From the human T2T-CHM13v2.0 reference genome, Homo sapiens, in assembly GCF_009914755.1 (NCBI RefSeq), contig NC_060935.1: DNA of 64,000 bases, one strand, 5' to 3'. Shown here in pieces: positions 52,981 to 64,000 of the stretch. How positions within the stretch are numbered: the first letter of the stretch is position 1; each line of letters opens with the position of its first letter. The notes under the pieces are model-generated. The model searched no databases. It saw only the letters and a list, made by a program, of their open reading frames with translations, and was not told where the DNA came from. Both the position numbers and the translations under genes were made by a program.

Positions 52981-53884
52981 TGTTGACTGAAGAACAAAAA
53001 GGGTCATAAATTTCGAAAGGAGAGCTTTATTTCTCATAAAGGGTTGCAGCCTGCAGGTTGGTCATCCTGACAAGCTGGGAAGCAAAGCCTCCCACCAGAA
53101 TTTGGAAACAGATACTTCCAGGGAGGGGCAAAGGGAACAGGAATTTATGCTGGGCAGGGTGGCCAAATATATATGTTCAGTAAGCTCTAGGAGGCATCAT
53201 GAATATTCATGGAAGGAGAAAATGTACACATGTGCAATTGAGCTTCAGACCTTTCCATGGCATGGAACCCGTGTCCAAAAAATGGCAGCATTAGCATGAT
53301 CTCGGGGTGGAGTTTTCGATCTTCTGACATCAAAAGATGAAGCAGAGCACACAAAAACCTTTACTGTGCTTCCTCTGTAGACTGGCCAGAACCACTCTAT
53401 ATGGTTTGGCTGTGTCCCCCCTGACCTAAGTCTCATCTTGAATTGTAGTTCCCATAATCTCCTTAATGTGGTAGGAGGGACCTGGTGGGAGGTAATTGAA
53501 TCTTGGGGTGGTTACCTCCATGCTGTTCTCCTGATAGTGAGTTCTCATGAGATCTGATGGTTTTATAAGGGGCTCTCCTCTGCCCTTAGTCTGTACTTCT
53601 CCTTGCTGCCACCATGTGAAGAAGGATGTGTTTGCGTCCCTTTCTGCCATGATTGTAAATTTCCTGAGGCCTCCCCAGCCATGCTGAACTATGAGTCAAT
53701 GAAATCTCTTTCCTTTATAAATTACCCAGTCTTGGGTATGTCTTTATCAGCAGCGTGAGAGTGGACTATACACACTCCATGGTTGGTCTCTTATCAGGAA
53801 GAAATGCTGCTGGTTAGTTGTTTTGTTGAAACTGCAAAAGGAAGGGGCAGCAGTTAGGCTATTGGTTGCAGTCAGCGGTGGATC
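52981..53884 (-). mobile_element. ERV1 LTR (MER66-like) with nested THE1
   Basis: agagctttatttctcataaagggttgcagcctgcagg; catgaatattcatg; aaaatggcagc. Confidence 0.6.
53398..53772 (+). mobile_element. THE1 solo LTR
   Basis: atatggtttggctgtgtcccc...tttatcagcagcgtgag...taca; 5-bp TSD CACTC 53393-53397 / 53773-53777. Confidence 0.9.
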
Positions 53885-54350
53885 TTTTTTTTTTTTTAGA
53901 GACAGGGCCTCTGTCATCCAGGATGAAGTGTTGTGGCCCAGTCATAACTCACTGCTGCCTCTTAACTCTTAGGCCCAAGGAATCCTCCTTCCTCAGCCTC
54001 TCGAGTAGCTGGGACTACAGGCAGGTGCCAGCATGCTTGGCTAACCTTTTTTATTTTTTGTAGAGACAGGGTCTTGCTGTTGCCCAGGCTGGTCTCGAAC
54101 TCCTGGTCTCAAGTGATCCTTCTGCGTTGGCTTCTCAAAGTGCTTGGAATTATAGATGTGAGCCACTGTGCCCAGTTGAAGTTCACGTTATTAATTAACT
54201 AATTAATTAATTGACAGTCTCTGTTGCCCAGGCTGAAGTGCAATGACATGATCATGGTTCACTGCAACCTCAGCCTCCTGGCTCAGGCAATCGTCTTGCC
54301 TTGGCTTCTCAAAGTGCTGGAATTACAGATGTGAGCCACAATGCCTAGCC
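53885..54350 (-). mobile_element. AluJ (53885-54175) plus an internally deleted Alu (54212-54350)
   Basis: Diverged antisense Alu sequences. Confidence 0.85.
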
Positions 54351-55111
54351 TCAGGTTGTTTAAAAAGTGGCTGATGGGAATGAGGAATAAAGAAAAATGT
54401 CATTCTCAGTGGTGAAGAGTGACTTGGGCACAATATGAAACTGATTCCCTGGCATGTTGTATTTGGGAAATACCAGGTGGACTGTTTGAAGTTAAAACGT
54501 TGGTTAAAGGTAATGAAAAATAAAGTTGGATTCAGCATTATCAGATTAATGAGGAATCCACTCTTTGGAGTATTTGTGTGTGCACAGTGCATTATTGCTG
54601 AATGCGTCTGTTATAGGTAGTTCCTAGTTTATAAAGCAATATTGTATTGTATCGTTGGGTTTATGTTGTGGCGATCAGATTATGATGTGATGAGTGACAA
54701 GTCATTTAACCTCTCTGAGATTGTCACTTCTTCTGTTAAATTAGATGCTTTAATCAGGTCTTATTATCTACCACCCTCCTAGGGTTGTTTGGGGAACTAC
54801 TGATTGTACCTTATAGAGTGTTGGGATCTGTTAAAACAGACATTGTCTGTAAAGTATCTGCTACTGTGTTTGGCACATGTTAGGCACTTGATACATTTAG
54901 ATTTAAATTTTAAAAGGCTGTTCCACCCATAGGAGCAGTCCGAACTTAGGATTCTCTGTATTCTGTAGTGTAAATTGAGTGATACATTGAATAGTTTTAC
55001 TTCCCAAATTCAAGGAATGATACACCAAGAAAAATAGCAATTTCTGTCCCTTTCCTGATCTAGCCCTTGGTAAAAAGCTAATCTTTAGTAACTTTTAAAA
55101 AAAGGGGTTTA

Positions 55112-56132
55112 GGGGGAATTCATGTGGAGGTCAGAGTGGAAGAAGGTGTGAGAGGGCCCAGCAGAAGAAAACTTGGCTGCCAAAGTGTTTGAGTCCATTG
55201 GCAAGTTTGGCCTGGTCTTAGCCGTTGCAGGAGGTGTGGTAAACTCTGCCTTATATAATGTGGATGCTGGGCACAGAGCTGCGATCTTTGACCAATTCCA
55301 TGGAGTACAGGACATTGTAGTAGGGGAAGGGACTCACTTTCTCATCCCATGGGTACAGAAACCAATTATCTTTGCTGTTCTCGACCACGTAATGCTCCAG
55401 TCATCACTGGTAGCAAAGATTTATAGATTGTCAATATCACACGGCGGATCCTCTTCCGGCCTATCGCTAGCCAACTTCCTCATATCTTCACCAGCATCGG
55501 AGAGGACTATGATGAGCGTGTGCTGCCGTCCATCACTACCAAATCAAGTCAGTGGTGGCACGCTTTGATGCTGGAGAACTAATCACCCAGAGAGAGCTGG
55601 TCTCCAGGCAGGTGAGCGACGACCTTACGGAGCGAGCAGCCACCTTTGGGTTCATCCTGGACTACGTGTCCTTGACACATCTGACTTTCAGGAAGGAGTT
55701 CACAGAAGCCGTGGAAGCCAAAAAGGTGGCTCAGCAGGAAGCAGAGAGGGCCAGATCTGTGGTGGAAAAGGCTGAGCAGAGGAAAAAGGCGGCCATCATC
55801 TCTGCTGAGGGTGACTCTAAGGCAGCCGAGCTGATCACCAACTCACTGGCCACCGCAGGGGACAGCCTGATCGAGCTGTGTAAGCTGGAAGTCGTGGAGG
55901 ACATTGCATACCAGCTCTCGCTCTCGGAATATCACCTACCTGCCAGCAGGGCAGTCCGTGCCCCTCCAGCTGCCCCAGTGAGGGCCCACCCTGCCTGCAT
56001 CTTCACGGGCCAACTGGCCACAGCCCCGATGATTCTTAACACCGCCTTCCTTCTGCCCCCACCCCAGAAATCACTGTGAAATTTCATGATTGGCTTAAAA
56101 AGTGAAGGAAATAAAGGTAAAATCACTTCAGA
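55112..56132 (+). pseudogene. PHB1P2: Prohibitin (PHB1) processed pseudogene (probably PHB1P2/PHBP2)
   Basis: Intronless copy: 5'[16 protein letters not shown]...; start codon ATG>TTG at 55173; frameshifts near 55373, 55540 and 55918; ancestral stop TGA 55979-55981; AATAAA ~56110. The numbered symbol is from memory. Confidence 0.93.
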
Positions 56133-56169
56133 AACCCCATCCCCCCAAAAAATGGGGGGGCAGGGTTAA

Positions 56170-57115
56170 AAGAAATTCAAGTAAAATTCTCATTACATAA
56201 AATTAACCATTAACGAATTCACAGTGTACGATTCAGGGGGCTTTAGTACATTCACACTGCTGTGCAACTTTCACCTCTATCTAGTTTCAAGGTATTTCTA
56301 CCACCCCAAAAGGAAACACCATACCCACTAAGCAGTCCCTCTCTATCCTCCCATCCACAGTCCCTGGCAACCACTAATCTGCTTTCTTCCTCTATGGACT
56401 TACCTATTTATTCTGGATGTTTCGTGTAAATAGAATACATTTTGTGTCTGGCTTCTTTCATTAAGCATGATGTTCATATATAAGGTTCATCCACATTGTA
56501 GCATGTATCAGTACTTAATCCCTTTTTGTGGCTGAATAATATTCCATTGTATGTATATACTACACTTTGTTTATTCAGCCATCATTTGTTGGACATTTGA
56601 GTTGTTTCTACCTTTTGGCTATTGGCAGTGGTGCTGTTAGGAACATTCATATACAAGTTTCTGTTTGAATACAGGTTTTCAGTTTTGGGGGCTATATACC
56701 TAGGAGTGGAATTGCCAGGTCATATGGTATTTCTGTTGATCTTTTTGAGGAACTCCCAACCTGTTTCCTTCAGTGGCTGCACCATTTTATAGTTCTACTA
56801 GCAATGTACAAGGGCTTTAATTTCCCCACATCCTCACCAACACTTAATTTACATTTTAAAAAATTACGGTCAACCTAGTGTGTCACTGTAGTTTTGATTT
56901 TCATTTCTCTAATAATGTTGAGCTTTTTTCTTATGCCTGTTGGCCATTTGTATATCCTCTTTGGATAAATGTCTATTCAAGTCCTTTGCCCAATTTTAAA
57001 ATTGGATCATCATTTTGTTACTGAGTTGTACAAATTCTTTATATATTCTAGATAATAAACCTTTATTATATAGATGATTTGCAAATGTTTTCTCTCATTC
57101 TATGTGTGGGTTGTT
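56170..57115 (-). mobile_element. Old L1M (L1MB-like) 3' fragment
   Basis: Antisense L1M 3'UTR/ORF2 end motifs (atacctaggagtggaattgc; aaatgtctattcaagtcctttgccc). Confidence 0.85.
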
Positions 57116-57370
57116 GTATTAGTATGTTTTCACACTGCTGTAAAGAACTACCTGAGACTCTGTCATTTATAAAGAAAAGAGGTTTAATTGACTCACAGTT
57201 CTGCATGGCTGGGGAGGCCTCAGGAAACTTACAATCATGGTGGAAGATGAAGGGGAAGCAAGGCATGTCTTACCTGGTGGCAGGAGAGAGAGATCGAGGG
57301 GGAACTGCCACACGCTTTTAAACCATCAGACCTCCTGATAACCCACTCACTGTCACGAGAACAGCATGAG
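57116..57370 (-). mobile_element. THE1D/MSTA-type LTR, truncated
   Basis: tgtattagt...ttcacactgctgtaaagaactacctgagact...gaggtttaattgactcacagttc. Confidence 0.85.
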
Positions 57371-59205
57371 AATTCCTATTTTCATGAGGCCCCTTCCGTG
57401 TTACTCCCACATTTTGGGTATTCCCAAAGGAAGCCACAAAGTAGTTTGAATCAGATCACACTGAGGCATAAAGATTGATAGCCTTTTAATTCTTATACAT
57501 GGGTTTGCATTTTTAAAGAGGATGTGGCATTAACCAAAATGAATCATTATTTGGAAGGGTTTTTAGTTAACCAAATAAAGTGAAAAAATCAGGCAGAAGG
57601 CATTTTTGGGTTATGGTGCCACCAGAAGGAATCGCAGGGCCTTGCCTGGAAGTCGGCCCAGGGGAGTAACTGCCTTTAAGCAAATCTGCTTTTCACAGTT
57701 TTTTTTTTGTTTTCGTTTTTCTGTTCTGGACCTATAGATGCTTTGAATTTTTGTTATTGTTGTTGTTTGGGTTTGCCAGTTTTTTAAGTGACAAGTAGAA
57801 CAGTCTGCAGTGTCTGGTTGGGTCAAAAGAAGGGGAGTAAAGAGTCGAAGAGAGGGCTGCTCAGTGGGGAACCTGAAAGGACTGAGTGGGAAAAAGGGGA
57901 CTCTGTATTGGGACAGGACATTTGTAAACTGGGCATTTTCTTTCTATAATAATCTACTGTTCTTGAAGAAAGATGTGTGCTTCCTCATACCATGGGATTG
58001 TGGAAAATGCCCACAATATCTGGGTGTATGCATAAACTAATATTTTTCTGTAAAATTATTTTTATAATATGATTAGGAGAACAAGTTAGAGTGGTCTTAT
58101 ATTGCATCACTTTCACTGTTTGTCTTTAATAAAAATGGAGGAAGTTGCTGCTGTTTTATTAACTTGCACCCTGCATGCTTCTCTTCTTTGTTCTTTGTTA
58201 AATATGAGCTGGCGTGTGTTAAGACTACGTTAGCATTTGCTCTCAGGGACTTCTGTGGTTTCTAAATTCAGCACTGCTAAGCCCCTACACTGTTTGCCTG
58301 AATCAGTTGAGACTGCTATTTTTAGCAACAAAAGGGAATTGAAATAGCAATTTTCTTTCCATGTAATAGATTCCCAAGAGGAATACTGATGCAAGCTCTC
58401 TATCATTTTCTATTCCTACCACCCTCCTCCCAAAGCCCTCAGAGGAAAGGCAGCTGTCATGGTTTGCGGCAGTATTAATCTTTAATCAATCGAGTGTTTT
58501 CTGCATTCAGGTGTTCGGGGGGAAAAAAGAGTCACAAGAAGGAACCTGTTTGGAATAACTAAGCTCTTAGGCATGGACTTTACAGTCAGAATTTTGTGGG
58601 TAGTGGCAGGGAATAGACAGAAGAGCTAAAAATAGTGAGTTTGCTTCCAGTGTTGCTCTAGTCTATTTTTGATGTTTGATTTTGATAAGGTTGATTGGGT
58701 TCTTACTAAAAATATCTGTTCCTAGCAAGTTGAGGACAAAAAGAGTAGAATATTTTTAACCTACACAAACTAAAGTATTTTTGTTGACTGTATAAAATCT
58801 GGAAGTGGAGCCCTGGTCAGTTGCCAGTATTTTATATAATCTGTAGCAAGCTAGACACTTCTGGATGCCAAGTTGGGCTATTCTTTATAGTTGTCAGTTT
58901 CCATCTTCTCAAAGGCTTGTAAATTTGGGTTCTAGTGTTATATTTGTGTATGAAGACATAAGCCTTTTTAAAAAATCTTCCTTTTTCCACTTTCCTTCTT
59001 TTCTTCCTCTACCTTATAGTGCCACCCATGACCATCATCTGTACTGTCCCAACCCACAGGGTTCTGGGTGATACCATATAGCTTTTTTCTGTGTATTGTT
59101 AAAAGCTACCCTAACTTATCCACGTATTTCATAGCAAAGTGGAATCTGAGGACACCAGTGTTAAATGAAGAAGCAAATCTTAGAGACAAGAATAGTGAAC
59201 TGTCC

Positions 59206-59515
<310 letters not shown>

Positions 59516-59619
59516 TTAGCATGTTTGGTAAAGCATGTTTTGGTAAAACATGTTTTAGCATGTTTCACTGGCACATTATGAGTGAAGTAGTTCTCTCTAG
59601 CACTGAAAATCATCACTTG

Positions 59620-59830
59620 TCTCTTTTTTTTCTTTGACTTTTAAGTTCAGGGGTCCATGTGCAGGATGTGCAGGTTTGTTACAGAGGTAAACATGTGCTA
59701 TGGTGGTTTGCTGCACAGGTCATCTCATCACCTAGGTATTAAGCCCAGAGTCCATTAGCTATTCTTCCTGATACTTTCCCTCCCCCAACCCCCACCCCCT
59801 CCAACAGGTCCCAGTGTGTGTTGTTCCCCG
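59620..59830 (-). mobile_element. Short L1P 3' end
   Basis: Antisense L1 3'UTR; TSD-like aaatcatcac on both sides. Confidence 0.85.
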
Positions 59831-60202
59831 GAAATCATCACCTTTCAAGGACAGCCTCAGAATTCTTTGAAAGTGCAAATCTACAGGTTTATCATAAAGT
59901 TAAACTTCTCTCTGTTAAAGTTCTTGAAAATCTCACTTTTAGATGATTCTTGACGTTGAGAGGAGGCTGAAGAGTGTAGGGGTTGTGTAATTATTTCTAA
60001 ATAAGGTGTGGAAAAAGCAGTGGGTAGGGTCATAAAAGGTTAGTTTTCCTTTTATAATCTCCATTCATTCACTCATCCATTCATACAGTAAAACCTCATT
60101 AATCACCTGCTTTTTGCCAGGTTCTGTGCTAGCAGTTAGACTGTGATGATCCAGACAGACCCTGCTCTTACAGAATCCTGTGTGATGAATGTCATGATGA
60201 TA

Positions 60203-60640
60203 TTGTCCAAAGGACGACCAGCATGGCTAGATAGTAGGAAAGAGAGTTTTATTGGCAATATCAGTTTGCAAAACAGAGAGTCTCCAGCATGAACCGAAAG
60301 CACTCTCCAAAACAAAAAGAAAAAAACTAGAGGTTTTATAAAAAGAAGAAATGTTACCTATTGCTCTTTGAGAAAGTTCACTGGCTTTGGGTAAGGGTTT
60401 GGGGAACTGGCAAGTCCTGATTGGTGAGCAACTGCTGTGGACAAAATTAGTTCCAGAGTTGCAGCAAACATAGATAAAACTGGTGTCAGGTTACAACGAG
60501 CAGTTTCAGCAGTCAAGCTTGCAGAGAATTACATTCTTGGAGCAATGTTTTGTACCCTAAGGGCTTTTCCCCCTGGCTTCTTGTCTCTGTTTCAGTCGGG
60601 TGTGACAAGAGTGACCCAACTGGCATGATCAGCTTTCACA
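60203..60640 (-). mobile_element. ERV1-type LTR (subfamily uncertain)
   Basis: ttgcagagaattacattcttggagcaatgttttgt...gtgacccaa...cagctttcaca. Confidence 0.65.
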
Positions 60641-60781
60641 AAGGGGGAGTTCGGAGTACTATGGGGCAGAGAATTCTGTATGAGGTTCTAAGTTAGTCTA
60701 CAGGTCAAGGAAGGCTTAATGGGAGATGAGACGGTTTAACTGAAAAACCTCAAGGATGGGAGGGAAACACAGCTAGAAGTG

Positions 60782-61156
60782 TGTCTTAGTTCATTTGTGC
60801 TGCTATAATAAAATACATAAAGAACAGAAATGTATTTTCTCACAGTTTTGCATGCCAGGAAGTCCAAGATCAAGGTGCTGGTAAGTTCAGTTGTCTGGAA
60901 AGGGATACTGTGTGTTTCCAGGATGGCACCCTGTTGCTGCATCCTTCGAATGCTGTGTCCTCACAGAGCAGAAGGCAGAAAGTTGGCTGAAGGAACACTT
61001 CATGAAGATTCTTTTATAAGGGCCTTAATTCCACTCATGAGGGAGGAGACTTCATGGCCTAATCACCTCTTAATGTCTCCACTTCTTACTACTGTCACAT
61101 TGGCCATTAAGTTTCAACACCTGACTCTTGGAAGGGACACATTAAAACCATAGCAG
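60782..61156 (-). mobile_element. MST/MLT1A-type MaLR LTR
   Basis: tgtcttagttcatttgtgctgctataat...gaagtccaagatcaaggtgctgg...aaccatagca. Confidence 0.85.
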
Positions 61157-61934
61157 AGTGTACGTTGGAGGTGTAGAGAACATTTTCGAAGAGAAAGCAT
61201 GTTACCTTGGAGGAACTGTAAAAATTTCAGCACAACTGGGGCATGCTTGAGTGGAAGGAGGAAAGTGGTAGGAGTAAGGTCAGCTCATGGAAGACCTTGT
61301 AAAGAATGAGGGGAGTGAGAAGCCAGTGACAGGTTTTAGGCAGGGAAGTGAAGTTCAGATTTGCACTTTGGAGTGATTGTTTTGGCTACAATGTAGAGAT
61401 TGAATTGGAGAGGAGTAAGAACGGGACCAGGCGAATGCGTTAGAAGGCTGTTAACAGTAGTTCTTGTGGGAGATGAATGATGGTAGCTCTAGGTGGTAGC
61501 AATGGGAAGAAGTGAATGAATTTGTGTTTCAGTTTTTATATAGTTGGCAAAAGGGAAATGTAACTTCTTGGCAGAGAAAAAATGGTGTTTGAGAAAGATA
61601 ATTTTTAACTGTGTATAGCATGAATTGAGTGAGGAGGGATGAAAGATTCCTCGTACAAGTCCTTGTGTTTGGGATGATAGCGTAGATTGGGGTAGTAGTT
61701 GTGAGAATTACCTGGATGATATCAGTGACATACCTTGAGCAAATATTCTTATAATGATGTGAATATTATTTTGTTTTCATAATTTATTTTATTGACCGTT
61801 TACGCTTACTTTTCCGGGCCTATCATAGTTGCTTTAATAAGACAAGTTTATTTTTCACCCACTTTAAAGACTAGAACTTTTGTATATGTTTGATTCCTTA
61901 TGATAAACAGTAAAAGAAGAAATGATTGGGATTT

Positions 61935-62330
61935 TAAAATGGCGTGGTAATTCAGTGGTGTTATCAGGGACCTTGATTCCTATGATACTGTTCCATTATC
62001 TTAGCCCATGGCTTCAACCCTAAGATTACTTCATGGTTCAAGAGACTACTGCAGCTACAGCCATCACTTTAGAATTGACTAGATGAAGGGCAAAAGGGGC
62101 CTGTCTCTGCCAAGTCAGCTTCCATTAAGCAGCCTTTTTCAAAGTCCTTCACAACCTTGCTTCATGTTGTTCCCTGAAATTAATCATATGGCCACTGCTA
62201 GCTGGTAGGGAGGTTGGAATATAAGTCCTTATTCCAGGCCACAATATGCTGGGTTAAAAATCAGTATTCTCCTGCAAAGGAAGAAGGGAAGAATGGGTAT
62301 TAAGGAAGGCAACCAGCAGGCTCTGGCCCA
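61935..62330. mobile_element. LTR33-like ERVL relic
   Basis: catggttcaagagactactgcagctacagccatcac; catatggccactgctagctg. Confidence 0.5.
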
Positions 62331-63123
62331 GATGTGCATTTAACACATGAAGGATGGCCTCCCCAGGGTAGTTTTTGCACATTGTATCTTATCATTTCAG
62401 TGTTGCTGTGAATGCTTCGTTTTTTTCATTTTAAGAAACCACAAAAAACAAGCAGTACTTCTGATTTGGATGACTTGGAAGCTGGTCTTTGTTTTATTTG
62501 GTTTTCATTGAAAATTGGTATTATAAGGGTGGGAGTGTTTAGATCAGTGTTTTCCAAAGATCAACCAAGAGATTATCTTAGGTACCACATTGATTAATAT
62601 TTTTAAATTTTGACATTCATATGTTTTTTACACTAATAGTCTATGTTAATTGAAACTGATGGTCCTTTATAAGAAGCAATTAAACAGTAATCAAGTAATC
62701 AAGTTTTCTATTAAATTTTAGTTAAGAAAAAATTTCAGTTTTAAGAAAACTTAAGTGACCTTGAGAAACACTGATTTAAACAAGACTACCCTGATTTTGG
62801 AAAATTGGAGTAGATGAGTTTGCTGGCTCAGTTTACACCATTTTTCTATTCATAGTAGCAAAGGACTTTAAAAAAAAATGCAGTACATGCACATGGTTAA
62901 AAAATGCAAAGAGTTAAAATAATGATAAAAAGTAATCTCTTTCCCATCTTTCCCTAATCCCCCAGAAGCAACTATCAATAGACTTTTGATTTGAGATGTT
63001 ATACTTTGGTTTACCTTTCTAAAATTTATGATGAAGAATTGACTCCCCAGACAATATAGTTTAATTTTAAAATAGTGAAAATCACACTATTATTTTATAA
63101 AAATAAAAAATTATTGAACTTAA

Positions 63124-63446
<323 letters not shown>

Positions 63447-63526
63447 AACTGAGGGATTTTCTATCCAACTACAGCTGCTATCTCTGCTACTACTGTTGGA
63501 AGACATATAGCTTTAAGGCAAAGGAA

Positions 63527-63527
63527 A

Positions 63528-63564
<37 letters not shown>

Positions 63565-63843
63565 AAATTGAGACAGGATCTCACTCTGTCACCCAGGTTG
63601 GAGTACAGTGCCGCAATCATAACTCACTTCATCCTCAACTTCCTGAGCTCAGAGGATCCTCCTGCCTCAGCTTCCCGAGTAGGTGGGACTATAGGTGTGT
63701 GCTACCACATTGGCTAATTTTCTTGAGTTTTTTTTTGTAGGATTGGGGTCTCGCTATGTTGCCCAGGCTGGTCTTGAACTCCTGAGCTCAAGCATTCTTC
63801 CCACCTCAGCCTCCCAAAGTATTGGGATGAGCCACTGTGCCCC
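63527..63843 (-). mobile_element. AluJ with (AT)n-(T)n tail
   Basis: Diverged antisense Alu. Confidence 0.9.
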
Positions 63844-64000
63844 ATGAAAATACCTTTAAAACCAAAAGCAGGACAACCCTTATTCCCACTGTCTTAAATA
63901 AACAAATTTGAATTTTTTCCATGTTTGTTGAGTAGGACTTTTTCTTTCATAATTGACTTAAACTTGGGTATGTTTGTATGTTATTGCAAATATAATACAT

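Noticed and set aside
55173-56079. Two ORFs (131 and 175 aa) resembling prohibitin as a functional gene
   Set aside because: Start codon is TTG, there are several frameshifts, and the copy is intronless: a processed pseudogene

Overview
Primate (almost certainly human) genomic DNA from the 5' end of HSD17B12 (3-ketoacyl-CoA reductase/KAR), + strand. It contains a CpG-island promoter with CCAAT, GC-box and SRE-like motifs and coding exon 1 (ATG 2214, donor CAG|GTGAGT after 2373). The remaining ~61.6 kb is intron 1; exon 2 is not seen. The intron holds two sense-strand processed pseudogenes: an RPL23A retrocopy with an intact 156-codon ORF and long 3'UTR, and a decayed prohibitin (PHB1) retrocopy. 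It also holds about 27 Alus (one AluYa5), several L1s, ERV1/ERVL/MaLR LTRs, hAT DNA-transposon remnants, L2/MIR relics and microsatellites. Nearly all other ORFs in the track are Alu/L1/LTR artefacts. I find no evidence of a new biological system. The most noteworthy observations concern retrotransposition and repair history: a twin-primed L1 inversion, two L1s 35 kb apart sharing apparent non-consensus variants, locally templated duplications, and fold-back palindromes. Candidate cryptic exons in intron 1 are also noted. Repeat subfamily calls rest on recalled consensus sequences and need RepeatMasker/Dfam confirmation.
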